Assembly: GCA_963828735.1 (NCBI GenBank)
Contig: CAWHFW010000005.1
Span: forward strand, 448,001 to 512,000
DNA: 64,000 bases
Reading direction: 5' to 3'
DNA from: an uncultured Gemmatimonadales bacterium
GTDB taxonomy: Bacteria > Gemmatimonadota > Gemmatimonadetes > Gemmatimonadales > GWC2-71-9
Positions 28,355-38,573 of the stretch are shown in pieces. Each line of letters starts with the position of its first letter. Positions within the stretch are counted from its first letter, which is position 1. Both the position numbers and the translations under genes were made by a program. The notes below the pieces were generated by a model. It ran no database searches. It had not been told where the DNA came from and saw nothing but the letters and a program-made list of their open reading frames with translations.

Positions 28355-29755
28355 TCAGGGACGGACGGACGACGGGCCTCGCGTCGCGAGGAACGCCACG
28401 AGCGTCCGCACCTGGTCCGGCGTCAGGGTCCGGGCGTACGCCGGCATGTTGAGGCTGCCGTTCGTGATCCGCGCGGCGATCTGATCGGGCGCCATGCGGC
28501 TGCGCACGTCGGACAGGTCCGGGCCGCGCTTCCCGCCGTATCCCTCGATCGCATGGCAGTACTCGCAGCCCTTCGCGCGGAAGAGTCGCGCGCCTTCGGT
28601 GACGAGGGAATCGGTGCTGCGGACCACGGCCGGCGGCAGGGCGGCCGCCGAGAAGTTGGGCGACCAGTCGGCCCGCTCGCCCGCGGCCCAGAAGGTCAGG
28701 ATGATCGTCCAGATAAAGACGACGAGCAACGCCGCCAGCGGGCGCTCGCGCATGCTGCGCGGCCCCTTGTTGAAGAACGGCAGCAGCAGCAGCACGGCGC
28801 CGAAGACGAGTGGCCCGGCGACGATGATGAAGTTCTCCAGGTTCTGCGGGGCGAGGGCCAGCAGCGCGAAATACCACAGGAAGTACCAGTCGGGGCGCGG
28901 ATACGCCTCGAGAACGCTCGGGTCGGGGGGCCTGGAAAGCTCGGGTGGCCCGACGACGAGCGCGAGGACCACGATCGTCGCGACGACCGCGGCGCCGAAC
29001 ACGACGTCGCGCCACGCGGCGTCAGGCCAGAACGGTACGCCTTCCTTCTGAAGCAGCCGGGCGTAGCGGTCGCGATAGGTGGCCGGGTCCACGTGCTCGC
29101 CGCTCTTGGGGCGCTCCGAGATGCCGTGCCGCAGGACCAGCGCGAGGTGGAGTCCGATGAAGGCGAAGACGATCGCTGGAATGAAGAAGACGTGGAACGC
29201 GAAGAAGCGGCTCAGCGTCGCCCCGCCGATCGTGTCCCCCGCCAGGATGAAGCGCGCGATGTCGCCGCCGATCACGGGCATGCGGCCCGCCTGAGCGGCG
29301 CCGACGATCACCGACCACACGGCGTTCTGGTCCCAGCGGAGCAGCTGGCCGGTGAACGCGAGCGCGAGCGTGAGGAGGAGCAGCACCGCGCCGGTGAGCC
29401 AGTTGAGCTCGCGAGGATACTTGAACGCGCCCATCAGATAGGTGCGGGAGACGTGGATCCCGATCAGCAGCACCATCGCGGAGGCGCCGAAGTAGTGCAT
29501 CCCGCGCAGGAAGCGGCCGAGCAGCGCCTGCTCGGAAATGAACTTGAGGCTGTCGTACGCCTGGCCGCTCGAAGGCACGTACGCCGTGGCGAGCGCGATG
29601 CCGGTGGCCACCTGCAGGACGAAGGCGATGAACGTGGCGCTGCCGAACACGTACCACCAGCCGGTGCGCGGCGGCACCGGATGCTCGAGCGCGTGACGCG
29701 TCGCGGTGAGGAGGCCGCTTCGATCGTCGAGCCAGGCGAGAACGCGCCGGAGCAC
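28355..29755 (-). CDS. Cytochrome b (b6 plus subunit IV) fused to C-terminal c-type cytochrome
   Basis: Heme b His pairs RGMH...IHV and FH...LH; PDWY Qo motif; C-terminal CEYCH and MPAY. Confidence 0.92.
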   Translation of the reverse strand: MLRRVLAWLDDRSGLLTATRHALEHPVPPRTGWWYVFGSATFIAFVLQVATGIALATAYVPSSGQAYDSLKFISEQALLGRFLRGMHYFGASAMVLLIGIHVSRTYLMGAFKYPRELNWLTGAVLLLLTLALAFTGQLLRWDQNAVWSVIVGAAQAGRMPVIGGDIARFILAGDTIGGATLSRFFAFHVFFIPAIVFAFIGLHLALVLRHGISERPKSGEHVDPATYRDRYARLLQKEGVPFWPDAAWRDVVFGAAVVATIVVLALVVGPPELSRPPDPSVLEAYPRPDWYFLWYFALLALAPQNLENFIIVAGPLVFGAVLLLLPFFNKGPRSMRERPLAALLVVFIWTIILTFWAAGERADWSPNFSAAALPPAVVRSTDSLVTEGARLFRAKGCEYCHAIEGYGGKRGPDLSDVRSRMAPDQIAARITNGSLNMPAYARTLTPDQVRTLVAFLATRGPSSVRP

Positions 29756-29762
29756 CGTGTGC

Positions 29763-30266
29763 TCAGGCGATCGGGATGGGGCTGGTCAGAATTTCGACCT
29801 GGCCGTTCCTGACGCGGACGGGATACTGCGGCAGGTTTCGGGGCGGCGGTCCGGCGGATACCGTGCCGTCCCGGTAGTAGACCCCGCCGTGACACGGGCA
29901 GAGAAAGAGCTGCGCGTCCGCCACCCAGCGCACGGGACAGCCGAGGTGGGTGCAGTGCACGCTAAAGGCGGTGAACCGCTCGGCGTCGTCGCGCCGGAGC
30001 CACGCCGCGGTCCGCGCGGTGACGCCGGCCCACGGGAGCGGAGACGCGTCCTCGAAGACCACGTCGACGGTGTCGCCGACGGTGAAGCGGTCCACCGGTC
30101 CCACTCCGCGCCAGATCCGCGGCGTCTTCCGGGTGAGCGGCGAGAGCAGGAAGCCGATGACGGGGAGCGTGGCGACGGCGCCGATGGCGCCGGATAGGAC
30201 GAGGGAGAGACGCGAGAGAAAGCGGCGTCTCGACGGGGACATTTCGGCTGGGACTTCAGGCTCCAT
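29763..30266 (-). CDS. Rieske [2Fe-2S] protein with Tat anchor
   Basis: SRRRFL; CTHLGC; CPCHGG; GPPPRNL. Confidence 0.95.
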   Translation of the reverse strand: MEPEVPAEMSPSRRRFLSRLSLVLSGAIGAVATLPVIGFLLSPLTRKTPRIWRGVGPVDRFTVGDTVDVVFEDASPLPWAGVTARTAAWLRRDDAERFTAFSVHCTHLGCPVRWVADAQLFLCPCHGGVYYRDGTVSAGPPPRNLPQYPVRVRNGQVEILTSPIPIA

Positions 30267-30566
30267 GCGGGCTCCGCCGAGCGGGACGATCGGAGGTGTG
30301 AAACGCCAACTTATGCCAAACCGTCGAGGCGAACAAGCTGCCCCGCTCGACCAAAGGCTACTTGACAAGCTCCGTCCCGCTTCCCATCGTGCCCACGTCG
30401 CGAGCACTCGAAAATGAGATGGCGCCGCTCTGGCGACCATTCCTCGCGAACCAACCAGAACTCCACCGCAGCAGCCCCAGCACCCGACAACCGACAACAT
30501 CTACGTCGGCCGTTCTCGTGGATCGGCCGCCCCCTGCTCCGTTTCCTTCCGCACGGAGGAGCGACC

Positions 30567-32003
30567 ATGTCGCGTCCGCTCGTTTACCTGGCGGCGACGC
30601 TCTTGATTGTTGCCTGTACTGATCAAACCGATGTTTCCGCGCCCGAATCCGAGCCCGCCGACGAGGCCGGTCAGACCGCGTCGCCGCTCGAGCTCTCCGC
30701 CGATCGTATTCCCGGTGGCGCACACACGGCGCTCTCCGGCGGCGCCACTACCGTGTTCGACGCGACGGCGAACGCGTTTTCGCTGGCCGCGCCGAACCTC
30801 GCGGGCGAGGCCGTCGACCAGCACGAGCGCGGTGACGAGGACTTCGAGGACGCCTTCGAGCCGGGGCCCGGCGCCGAGCACAGCGGGCTCGGGCCCGTGT
30901 TCGACAACGTGTCGTGCGAGGGGTGCCACGCGGGCGATGGCCGCGGTCGCCCGCCGCGCCCCGGCGAAGAGATCAGCTCGCTGCTCTTCCGCGCGAGCGT
31001 GTCGGGGGTCGGCGCGCACGGAGGCCCACTGCCGGTGCCGGGATTCGGGGGGCAGCTGCAGCTCCGCTCCATTCCGGGCTATACGCCCGAGGTGCAGGCC
31101 GCCATCAGCTATGTCGAGACGCAGGGCGTGTTCACCGACGGCACTCCCTTTCAGTTGCGGGTACCCACTTATACGCTGACGGGACTGTATGAGGCCCTTC
31201 CGCCTGGCGTCCTCGTGTCGCCGCGCGTGGCTCCGGTCGTATTCGGGCTCGGACTGCTCGAAGCGGTGCCCGCGTTCGACCTTTTCGCGATGGCGGATCC
31301 GAGAGACCGCGACCACGACGGCATCTCCGGGCGGGTGAACTCCGTGTGGGATGAGGCGCGTCAGCGCCTGGCCGTCGGACGCTTCGGATGGAAGGCGAAC
31401 GCCCCGAACCTGTTCCAGCAGTCGGCGGGCGCGTACAACGGAGACATGGGCGTCACCAGCCCACTCTTCCCGGCCGAATCGTGCGAGGGACAGTTCCCGG
31501 GCTGCGAGGGGCACGACCCCGAGGTGGACGACGCCACCGTCGGGGACGTCGCGTTCTATACGCAGACGCTGGGCGTCCCGGCCCGGCGCAATCTGGACGA
31601 TCCCCAAGTGAGCCGCGGTGAAGTCCTGTTCCACGCCGCGGGGTGCGCCGGATGCCACGTCGCGACGCTCCGCACCGGCACCCTGGACGGGGTCGATGCC
31701 GTCTCACACCAGATCATCCATCCCTACACCGACCTGCTGCTCCATGACATGGGGCCGGGGCTCGCGGACGACCGTCCCGACTTCAGGGCCTCGGGCAGCG
31801 AGTGGCGCACCGCGCCGCTCTGGGGCATCGGACTGGTGGAGATCGTGAACGGACACACGAACTTCCTGCACGACGGCCGAGCCCGGTCGCTGCTGGAGGC
31901 GGTCATGTGGCACGGCGGCGAGGCCCAGCGCGCGCGCGATCGCGTGAAGGGCTTTTCGGCGGAGCAGCGCGCGGCGCTCGTGGCGTTCCTGCAGTCGCTG
32001 TGA
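30567..32003 (+). CDS. Di-heme oxidoreductase (DHOR/DUF1111) lipoprotein
   Basis: Lipobox IVAC; CEGCH and CAGCH; GRFGWKA, DLLLHDMG, WRTAPLWG, LHDGRA motifs. Confidence 0.92.
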   Translation: MSRPLVYLAATLLIVACTDQTDVSAPESEPADEAGQTASPLELSADRIPGGAHTALSGGATTVFDATANAFSLAAPNLAGEAVDQHERGDEDFEDAFEPGPGAEHSGLGPVFDNVSCEGCHAGDGRGRPPRPGEEISSLLFRASVSGVGAHGGPLPVPGFGGQLQLRSIPGYTPEVQAAISYVETQGVFTDGTPFQLRVPTYTLTGLYEALPPGVLVSPRVAPVVFGLGLLEAVPAFDLFAMADPRDRDHDGISGRVNSVWDEARQRLAVGRFGWKANAPNLFQQSAGAYNGDMGVTSPLFPAESCEGQFPGCEGHDPEVDDATVGDVAFYTQTLGVPARRNLDDPQVSRGEVLFHAAGCAGCHVATLRTGTLDGVDAVSHQIIHPYTDLLLHDMGPGLADDRPDFRASGSEWRTAPLWGIGLVEIVNGHTNFLHDGRARSLLEAVMWHGGEAQRARDRVKGFSAEQRAALVAFLQSL

Positions 32004-32096
32004 GCGGTCGGTCGGGATGGACGACGCACCTGGCGGTCTCGCCCTGCTACGGCGCGCCGTCCATCAAGGTCGGCCGCCACCGTCCGGCCGATGCGC

Positions 32097-34736
32097 TCAG
32101 CCTATCCCATCCAGCAGCCATACGTCCCCCCCGTGCGGCGCGGCGCGATCGAACAGCACGCGCCGCCCATCCGGGGACCAGACCGGGTAGTCGATTCTCA
32201 CGTCCGGATTCGTGAACTCGAACACCCTGCGCGGCGGAGAGCCGTCCACCGGATAGGCCCAGAGCGTCCGGTGTCCGCGCACGTCGAGGATGATCGACTG
32301 GTCGGGTGACCAGGACATGTGCGCCCCGCTCGCGATCTCGGGCATCGGGGTGACCGTGCCCTGCTCTACGTCCACGCGCACGATGCGAGTCTGCGTGCCG
32401 CTCTCGGCCCGGTAGACCACGCTGCGGCCGTCGCGCGTCCAGCGGATGAAGTGCCCGCCCGCCCCCGTCGAGCCCACCCGCCGCTGACCCGAGCCATCGG
32501 CATTCATCATCCAGACCTCGGTTCGGCCGAGCCGGTCGGACATGAAGGCGATGGACCGGCCGTCGGGCGAGTAGAACGGGTTGGTCTCCATGGCCGAGGC
32601 GTCCGTCAGCCGGACCAGCCGCCCGTCCCCCACGGTCACGGACCACACGTCGATGTTGCCGGCGCGGGCGGAGAAGAACACCAGCGAACGCCCGTCGGGC
32701 GACCACTCGGGCTGATAGTCGCCACCCGGGCCGCTCGTGAGCCGCCGGTCGGCACCGGTCGCCACGTCGTGCAGCCAGATGTTCATCTCGCCGAGCCGGT
32801 CGGAGTTGAACGCGATGGCGCGTCCATCGGGGGACCACGCGCCGCGGCTCTCGACGCGGGTGGTCAGGATCACGGCCGACGGTGGACCGGTAGGCTCCCC
32901 GGTGATCGGGGAAACCGGCAGCTGCCAGACGTCGGAGTTGAGTCCGCGCACGGCGAACGCCAGGCGGTGCCCGTCCGGCGAGGGCGCGGGCTCGACGTCG
33001 TCGCCCGCCCCGGTGGTGAGCTGCTGGGCCGAGCCCGCCGCGCGTCCGTCACCGTCGAGCGGCGCTCGCCACACATTGATGCCGCCGCCCCGGTTCGATG
33101 CGAAGTAGATCCATTTCCCGTCCGGCGACCACGCGGGGTCGAGATCCGTCGCCGCGTCCTGCGTCAGGCGCGCCAACGCGCCGGACGCGACGTCGGCGGT
33201 CAGCAGATCGGAGGTGGTCTTCTCGATGCGCCGGAACACGAGCCGCTGCCCGTCCGGGGACCACCGTGCCCCCGCGTGAATCACCGCCTCGCTCGAGTCA
33301 GACGTGAGTTGCCGCGGATTGAGGCCGCTGCTGTCGCTCACCCAGATGCGGCGCGGCCCGGCCCAGGAGGCGTCGAAGGCGAGCCGGGTCCCGTCGGGCG
33401 ACCACGCGGGCGCAAACGCGTTGGTGACGACGCGGCTCGTATCGCCCGAGGCGACCTCCACCGTCCAGATGTCGCCGCCCTCGAAATACCAGCCGTTGAG
33501 ATCGGCCGGCTCGAGCTTCCCGCTGTCCGCCGTCGCGCGGACGAATGCGAGCCGCCGGCCGTCAGGCGACCAGGCGGGCTGGATGTCGTCGCGGGCGGCG
33601 TGCGTGAGCCGGCGCTCCTCGCCGGTCGCGAGGGTCCGGAGGAAGATCTGCCGGTATCCTCCCGCCTCCGCCACGTAGGCCAAACGGGTCCCGTCCGGCG
33701 ACCAGGCGGGCCACTCCTCGACGCCCTCCGCGGTGGTGAGCTGCGCCATCTTGCGATTGAAGCCCGACGCGACGGTACCGGCGGCCAGCCCCGCGGTGCT
33801 CGTCCCCTCCCCCCGCCTGAGCAGGACCACGCTTACGATCGCGACGAGCGCGAACGCCGCGAGCGGCACACCCCACGCCCACGGAGTCGGCCGGCTCGCG
33901 CCCGCTTCGTGCTCCAGCGCGGACGCCAACTCCGCCGCGGTCGTGTAGCGGTCACCCGGCGCCTTGGCCATCGCCTTGCGCACGACGCGCTCGAGCGATG
34001 GTGGGACGCGCCTCCCCGCGTCGCGCAGGGGAGGCGGGGCCTCGGTCATGTGCCGCGCCAGGATGGCGTGCGGGGTCGCGCCCGTGAAGGGCGGCCGGCC
34101 CGCCAGCATCTCGTAGAGCACGCAGCCCAGCGAGTAGAGGTCGCTCCGCGCGTCCACTTCGACTTCGGCGCTCGCTTGCTCCGGGCTCATGTAGCTGGGC
34201 GTGCCCACCACCATGCCACCCGTCGTCAGCCGTTCGACGCCGGCCTCGGTCGTCCGCGCGATGCCGAAGTCGGCGACCAGCGTGCTCCCGTCACCCGTCA
34301 GGAGGATGTTCTCGGGCTTGATGTCGCGGTGGATGACCCCGTGCTGGTGCGCATACGCGAGCGCCTGCGACGCCTCGCGCGCGATGCGCAGCGCCTCGGC
34401 CGTTTCGAGCCGCGGCTTCCGCTCGAGCCGCTGGCGGAGGGTCTCGCCCTCCACGTACGGCATGGTGAACCAGAGACGACCGGTGGTCTCGCCCGAGTCG
34501 AACACCGGGAGGATATGGGGATGCTGGAGACGCGCGGCGGTCTCGATCTCGCGCAGGAACCGCTCCGCCCCCAGCTCGACCGCGAGCGACTCGCGGAGAA
34601 CCTTGAGGGCCACGAGCCGTCGGTGGTGCAGCTCGCGAGCGAGATACACGGTGGCCATGCCGCCACGGCCCAGCTCGCGCTCCACGATGTAGGTGGTGGC
34701 GAGCGCGTCAAAAAATGCCGAGTTGTCGGAGGTCAC
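32097..34736 (-). CDS. Ser/Thr protein kinase with TM helix and many PD40/TolB repeats
   Basis: GRGGMATVY, HRDIKPEN, DFG, YMSPEQ; repeated WSPDG. Start GTG 34736. Confidence 0.95.
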   Translation of the reverse strand: MTSDNSAFFDALATTYIVERELGRGGMATVYLARELHHRRLVALKVLRESLAVELGAERFLREIETAARLQHPHILPVFDSGETTGRLWFTMPYVEGETLRQRLERKPRLETAEALRIAREASQALAYAHQHGVIHRDIKPENILLTGDGSTLVADFGIARTTEAGVERLTTGGMVVGTPSYMSPEQASAEVEVDARSDLYSLGCVLYEMLAGRPPFTGATPHAILARHMTEAPPPLRDAGRRVPPSLERVVRKAMAKAPGDRYTTAAELASALEHEAGASRPTPWAWGVPLAAFALVAIVSVVLLRRGEGTSTAGLAAGTVASGFNRKMAQLTTAEGVEEWPAWSPDGTRLAYVAEAGGYRQIFLRTLATGEERRLTHAARDDIQPAWSPDGRRLAFVRATADSGKLEPADLNGWYFEGGDIWTVEVASGDTSRVVTNAFAPAWSPDGTRLAFDASWAGPRRIWVSDSSGLNPRQLTSDSSEAVIHAGARWSPDGQRLVFRRIEKTTSDLLTADVASGALARLTQDAATDLDPAWSPDGKWIYFASNRGGGINVWRAPLDGDGRAAGSAQQLTTGAGDDVEPAPSPDGHRLAFAVRGLNSDVWQLPVSPITGEPTGPPSAVILTTRVESRGAWSPDGRAIAFNSDRLGEMNIWLHDVATGADRRLTSGPGGDYQPEWSPDGRSLVFFSARAGNIDVWSVTVGDGRLVRLTDASAMETNPFYSPDGRSIAFMSDRLGRTEVWMMNADGSGQRRVGSTGAGGHFIRWTRDGRSVVYRAESGTQTRIVRVDVEQGTVTPMPEIASGAHMSWSPDQSIILDVRGHRTLWAYPVDGSPPRRVFEFTNPDVRIDYPVWSPDGRRVLFDRAAPHGGDVWLLDGIG

Positions 34737-34892
34737 GGCGCCACGACTGCCTCTCACGGGTGAACACTCAACAAGTAGCACATCCTCACTGCCCGGGCTA
34801 GCGCGATGACGCTGGACGCGCTCCATCGGCACCGGGAATGCCACGAGCAGTGGACCGTTGAGCAGGCTGGCGCCCGGGGAATAGCTCACAAG

Positions 34893-34934
34893 TCTCGCCG
34901 GGCGAGCCGGCGATCGGTCGTCGCCCGGCGGAGA
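34893..34934. terminator. Hairpin after the ECF/anti-sigma operon
   Basis: TCTCGCCGGGCGA / TCGCCCGGCGGAGA inverted repeat. Confidence 0.4.
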
Positions 34935-34972
34935 AGGTCGAGGAAGAACGGGAGGTTGAGCTGGAGCGCCGC

Positions 34973-35587
34973 TCAGGACGGCGAGCGCCCGAGGGGGACA
35001 CGATAGGCGCCATCGCCGCCCGCGGGTCTCCCGGCGGTCAGTCGATCGCCTTCCTTCAGGAATACGCGCGAGCCATGGACCCGGACCTCGACTCGCGGCG
35101 CGTCGCGAGGAATCTCGATGGCAAACGTATCGGCCAGACCATGGGTGTCGATCAGCAGCCGCGAGACCTCCGACGTGAACGCGGCGCGACCGGCTCCGGC
35201 GCGCACCAGGATGTCCGCTCGGTCCGCGATTACGATCCGCGCCTCGCCGGCCGCGGCGCCATCGAACTGGATGACGAGTGCGTTGCCCGGGGCCACGGCG
35301 ATGCCGGCCCCTTCCCGGCGGGGTTCCTGTGGTCGGGCGGGCGCGGTCGCCTTCGGACCCTCCTCGCTCCACCCCTTCATGACGCCGGCGACCCAGCTCC
35401 GAAGGGGCGATGCCGGCAGCGCGAACGCCGCTCCCGCGATCCCTGCCGTGAGGAGCACGGCCGCCGCCCACCGTACCCGCGAGGGACCGCGCGCGGCGCG
35501 CCCAGCGATCTCCTGGGCGGTCACCGCCGGAACCGGGTGGTCCAGGACCCGGAGCAGCTCGTCGATCCGTCCGTCGTCAATAGGCAT
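34973..35587 (-). CDS. Putative single-pass anti-sigma factor
   Basis: Overlaps the ECF stop; short N-terminus, TM helix WAAAVLLTAGIAGAAFAL, beta-rich C-terminus. Confidence 0.6.
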   Translation of the reverse strand: MPIDDGRIDELLRVLDHPVPAVTAQEIAGRAARGPSRVRWAAAVLLTAGIAGAAFALPASPLRSWVAGVMKGWSEEGPKATAPARPQEPRREGAGIAVAPGNALVIQFDGAAAGEARIVIADRADILVRAGAGRAAFTSEVSRLLIDTHGLADTFAIEIPRDAPRVEVRVHGSRVFLKEGDRLTAGRPAGGDGAYRVPLGRSPS

Positions 35588-36140
35588 CGGCGTCCCCGTA
35601 GAGCTCCCGGAACCGTTCCCGCGCCCGCGCCAGCAACGTTCCGACGCTCGCTTCGTGAAGCCCGAGCCCACCGGCGATCTCGCGGTAGCTGAACCCTTCC
35701 GCCTGAAGCAGCAGCATGCGCCGGTCGCGCTCGGACAGCCGGTCGATGGTCTCTCGCACGTGTCGGCGCATCTCGTCGGTCGCGAGCGCCTGATCGGGCG
35801 TCGCCGGCGGATCGGCCGAGGTCGGCCCCCCCCGCGACCCGGCGAGCAGGCGCAGTCGGCGACGGCCCGTGACCCGGGTGTTCCGGAACAGATTCATGGC
35901 AACGCTGACGAGCCAGGCCTCGGGACTGTCGGGCATCGTACCCCGGCGATACAGGCGCACGAAGGCCTCCTGCGCCAGGTCCGCGGCCAGCTCGGGATCC
36001 CCCGATAACCGATCGAGGTACCGGAAGAGACGCGCGAAGGTCGCGTCAAACACCGCGGTGAACTGGTCGTGGAACGACGTCGTCTCCAGGAGCGTGTCCC
36101 AGGAGGAGCCCGGCAGCGGGCGTCTTGTGACGAGTGACAC
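35577..36140 (-). CDS. ECF sigma factor
   Basis: AADLAQEAFVRL (region 2); GFSYREIA..VGTLLARAR (region 4). Confidence 0.92.
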   Translation of the reverse strand: MSLVTRRPLPGSSWDTLLETTSFHDQFTAVFDATFARLFRYLDRLSGDPELAADLAQEAFVRLYRRGTMPDSPEAWLVSVAMNLFRNTRVTGRRRLRLLAGSRGGPTSADPPATPDQALATDEMRRHVRETIDRLSERDRRMLLLQAEGFSYREIAGGLGLHEASVGTLLARARERFRELYGDADAY

Positions 36141-36149
36141 GGGATCGGC

Positions 36150-38411
36150 TCAGTACTGCCAGTCCAGACCCACGACGAGGGGCGAGAACGGCCGCATCTC
36201 TACGGCGCCCCGTGCTCCCGTGGATGGATCCGGCGCGAAGGCCAGCACGTTGCTGCGGCCGAGCAGGTTGGTCATCGTCCCGAACACGGCGATGACGGCA
36301 TCCCGTCCGGCCACACGCAGGTGAAAGTGTTGCCGGACGCCAAGGTCGAGCCGCAGGTATGGCGGCAGGCCGGTGGCGCCGAGCTCGGCACTCTGATATC
36401 GAGGGCTCCCGGCAAGCTCGCAGGTCTTGTCGAGCAGGTTGCAGGACTCCCACTCGACGGCGCCGGACGACTGGGTCCCTCGCCTGCCCGCCGACCCGAC
36501 GAGACCGATTCGTACGGAAGAGGTGGCCGTGGGAAAAACGATGGCTCCGGCCGACAGCAGGTGTGCGGTGCCGTATTCCGGTGCGTAGCTCACACGGTCG
36601 TCGCTGAGGCGAAGGCGCTGGAAATCGTAGCCGGCCACGACCGCGTAGCGTTCGGTGCCGAACGAGGCGTCGAAAGAGCCACCATAGGCCGTTCCCGAGC
36701 CCGTCGCGAAGCCCGTGGTGCCGAACGGCTCGCCCGAGCGTGTCGCGACCAGCGCGAGGCCGTCGAGTTGCCGCGCGTACGCCGAGGCGCCGAAATGAAG
36801 TCCCGCCGAAGGACGGATCTCCAGCGCGAGCACGGCGAGGTCGCTCCGGGCAACCGGGACGCCCGCCCCGCTCCCAACGAAGAAGTCCGCGGGAAAGACG
36901 TTGCCGATCAGCGACTCCGGATTCCGGAACGACTGGCTGAGCTGGTGACGGCGGATCCAGCTCGCCGACAGGTGGACGTCGGCGTCTGGCCTGTACTCCA
37001 GCCTCACGCCGGGATCCAGCCATATCCCTTTCGCCCCGACCGTGGCCGTTGCGCCCAGCTCGAGCCCGACCCTGCGGGTGAGCGCGCGGGTTTGTCGTGC
37101 GAACACACTCGCCGTCGGCGTCCGTGCGAGCAGCTCCCACGACGCGCTGCCGGAGTCCGGCACGACATCGTAAGCCGTCAGGCTTCGCTCGAAGCGCACA
37201 CCGAGCACGGTGCTCGCCCTCGATCCACGGCGCTCGACGGCGGCGAGCCCGCCCAGGTCGCTCCGCGAGCTCGCCATGCCGATAGGCCCGGTGGCCCCGA
37301 GCCACGACGCGGTGGCGCCGGTCGTCGCGCTCCAGCCCGAGAGGCGAACGGCCCCGGACCTCGTTTCGCGCCGCCACTCCCCACCGAGCGAGGTTCCTTT
37401 CCACTCGAAGCGGTTCCTCGGTGGCGGTGGCATTGGCGACGCCGGCTCGGTCTCCGCCACCGCGGCGGCATTGAGCTCGTTCTCGTTGTCATACGCGAGG
37501 AGGTGCAGCTCGCCGCCCGCGACGGGCACCACCAGCTTGGCCAGCTCGTCTCCGGTCTCGCCGCGGATGCGTGACGGATCGGGCCCGCCGCCGACGCCTC
37601 CGGGGAACCCCGATCGAATGCTGGCGAGGAACCCGGCGCCGCCGATCCCGACCGGACCATCCACCGTGAGGCGGCCTTGTGTCGTGCTCAGCGCGCCCTG
37701 GGTCCGGACCCGGTCGCCTGGCGATCTCGTCGCGCCGGAGATCACGCCGGAGAGGCCGCTCGCCGCATCATCGGCCGCTCCGGTCGGTGACAGGCTGACG
37801 CCTGCCAGCGCGTCGGGATTCCACGCGGTGAACAGGCCTGCCGAGTGATAGGGGCTCAGCACCGGCACCCCATCCAGCGCGTAGGCGGTCTCGTCCGCGC
37901 TGCCGCCGTACACGTGCACGCCGCCCGGCGACTCCGGCTGCAACACCACGCCTCCACCGGTCAGAGCCTCCAGGGCGTCGGGCTCGGCGAGGAGCGGATG
38001 GTTGCGAATGGCGGCGATCGAGAGAGCCCGACCGGGCAGCGACGTCGTGTCCGCGTCGAGACCGCGCACCGCGACCGGCGGTCGGACTTCGATCGTGCGA
38101 AGCCGGCGCGGGGACGGGTGCAAGGCGATGGTGATCTGGAGCGTGCCCTCGCGCGGGACCAGCGCATGCATGACGCGCGGCGCGTACCCGATGTAGCGCA
38201 CGGCGAGGTGCTGCGGGCCCGCCGGGACCTCCACGAACACGTACCGACCTTCGGCGTCCGCGGTGGTGACTCGGCTCAGATCGGAGAGCACGACCTCTGC
38301 CCCGGCGATCGGCGCACCGGTCTCCTGGTCACGGATGGTGCCCGTGACGACGGCCTGAGGCGCCTGCAGCAGGGTCGCGGCCAGATAGGCGAACGGCGGG
38401 AGAACTGTCAC
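36150..38411 (-). CDS. TonB-dependent receptor with carboxypeptidase-regulatory-like N-domain
   Basis: TGTIRDQETGAPI, plug LDGVPV, YLRLDL, NLLGRSN; aromatic C-terminus DWQY. Confidence 0.88.
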   Translation of the reverse strand: MTVLPPFAYLAATLLQAPQAVVTGTIRDQETGAPIAGAEVVLSDLSRVTTADAEGRYVFVEVPAGPQHLAVRYIGYAPRVMHALVPREGTLQITIALHPSPRRLRTIEVRPPVAVRGLDADTTSLPGRALSIAAIRNHPLLAEPDALEALTGGGVVLQPESPGGVHVYGGSADETAYALDGVPVLSPYHSAGLFTAWNPDALAGVSLSPTGAADDAASGLSGVISGATRSPGDRVRTQGALSTTQGRLTVDGPVGIGGAGFLASIRSGFPGGVGGGPDPSRIRGETGDELAKLVVPVAGGELHLLAYDNENELNAAAVAETEPASPMPPPPRNRFEWKGTSLGGEWRRETRSGAVRLSGWSATTGATASWLGATGPIGMASSRSDLGGLAAVERRGSRASTVLGVRFERSLTAYDVVPDSGSASWELLARTPTASVFARQTRALTRRVGLELGATATVGAKGIWLDPGVRLEYRPDADVHLSASWIRRHQLSQSFRNPESLIGNVFPADFFVGSGAGVPVARSDLAVLALEIRPSAGLHFGASAYARQLDGLALVATRSGEPFGTTGFATGSGTAYGGSFDASFGTERYAVVAGYDFQRLRLSDDRVSYAPEYGTAHLLSAGAIVFPTATSSVRIGLVGSAGRRGTQSSGAVEWESCNLLDKTCELAGSPRYQSAELGATGLPPYLRLDLGVRQHFHLRVAGRDAVIAVFGTMTNLLGRSNVLAFAPDPSTGARGAVEMRPFSPLVVGLDWQY

Positions 38412-38520
38412 GCCGGCTCCGAGGTAATCCGCCCCCTCAACATTCGCGAACAGCCCCGGTCCGACAAGACGCCGGTTCCACGTCGTCACCGACCGGTGGC
38501 CGCGGGCGCGACCCGGTCGA

Positions 38521-38535
38521 TGGCGCGCCTCTTGC
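38521..38535 (+). promoter_or_regulatory. Sigma54 promoter
   Basis: TGGCGCGCCTCTTGC (GG-N10-GC), 39 bp before the ATG at 38574. Confidence 0.6.
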
Positions 38536-38573
38536 CCCCTGGGCCCGCCGTCCCTTTTCCAGGTGTCGACAAC

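Noticed and set aside
30305..30320. Sigma54 promoter for the Rieske operon
   Set aside because: GG-GC spacing is one base short.
30405..30425. Fur box upstream of the di-heme gene (GAAAATGAGA)
   Set aside because: Only a half-site resemblance; no palindromic partner.
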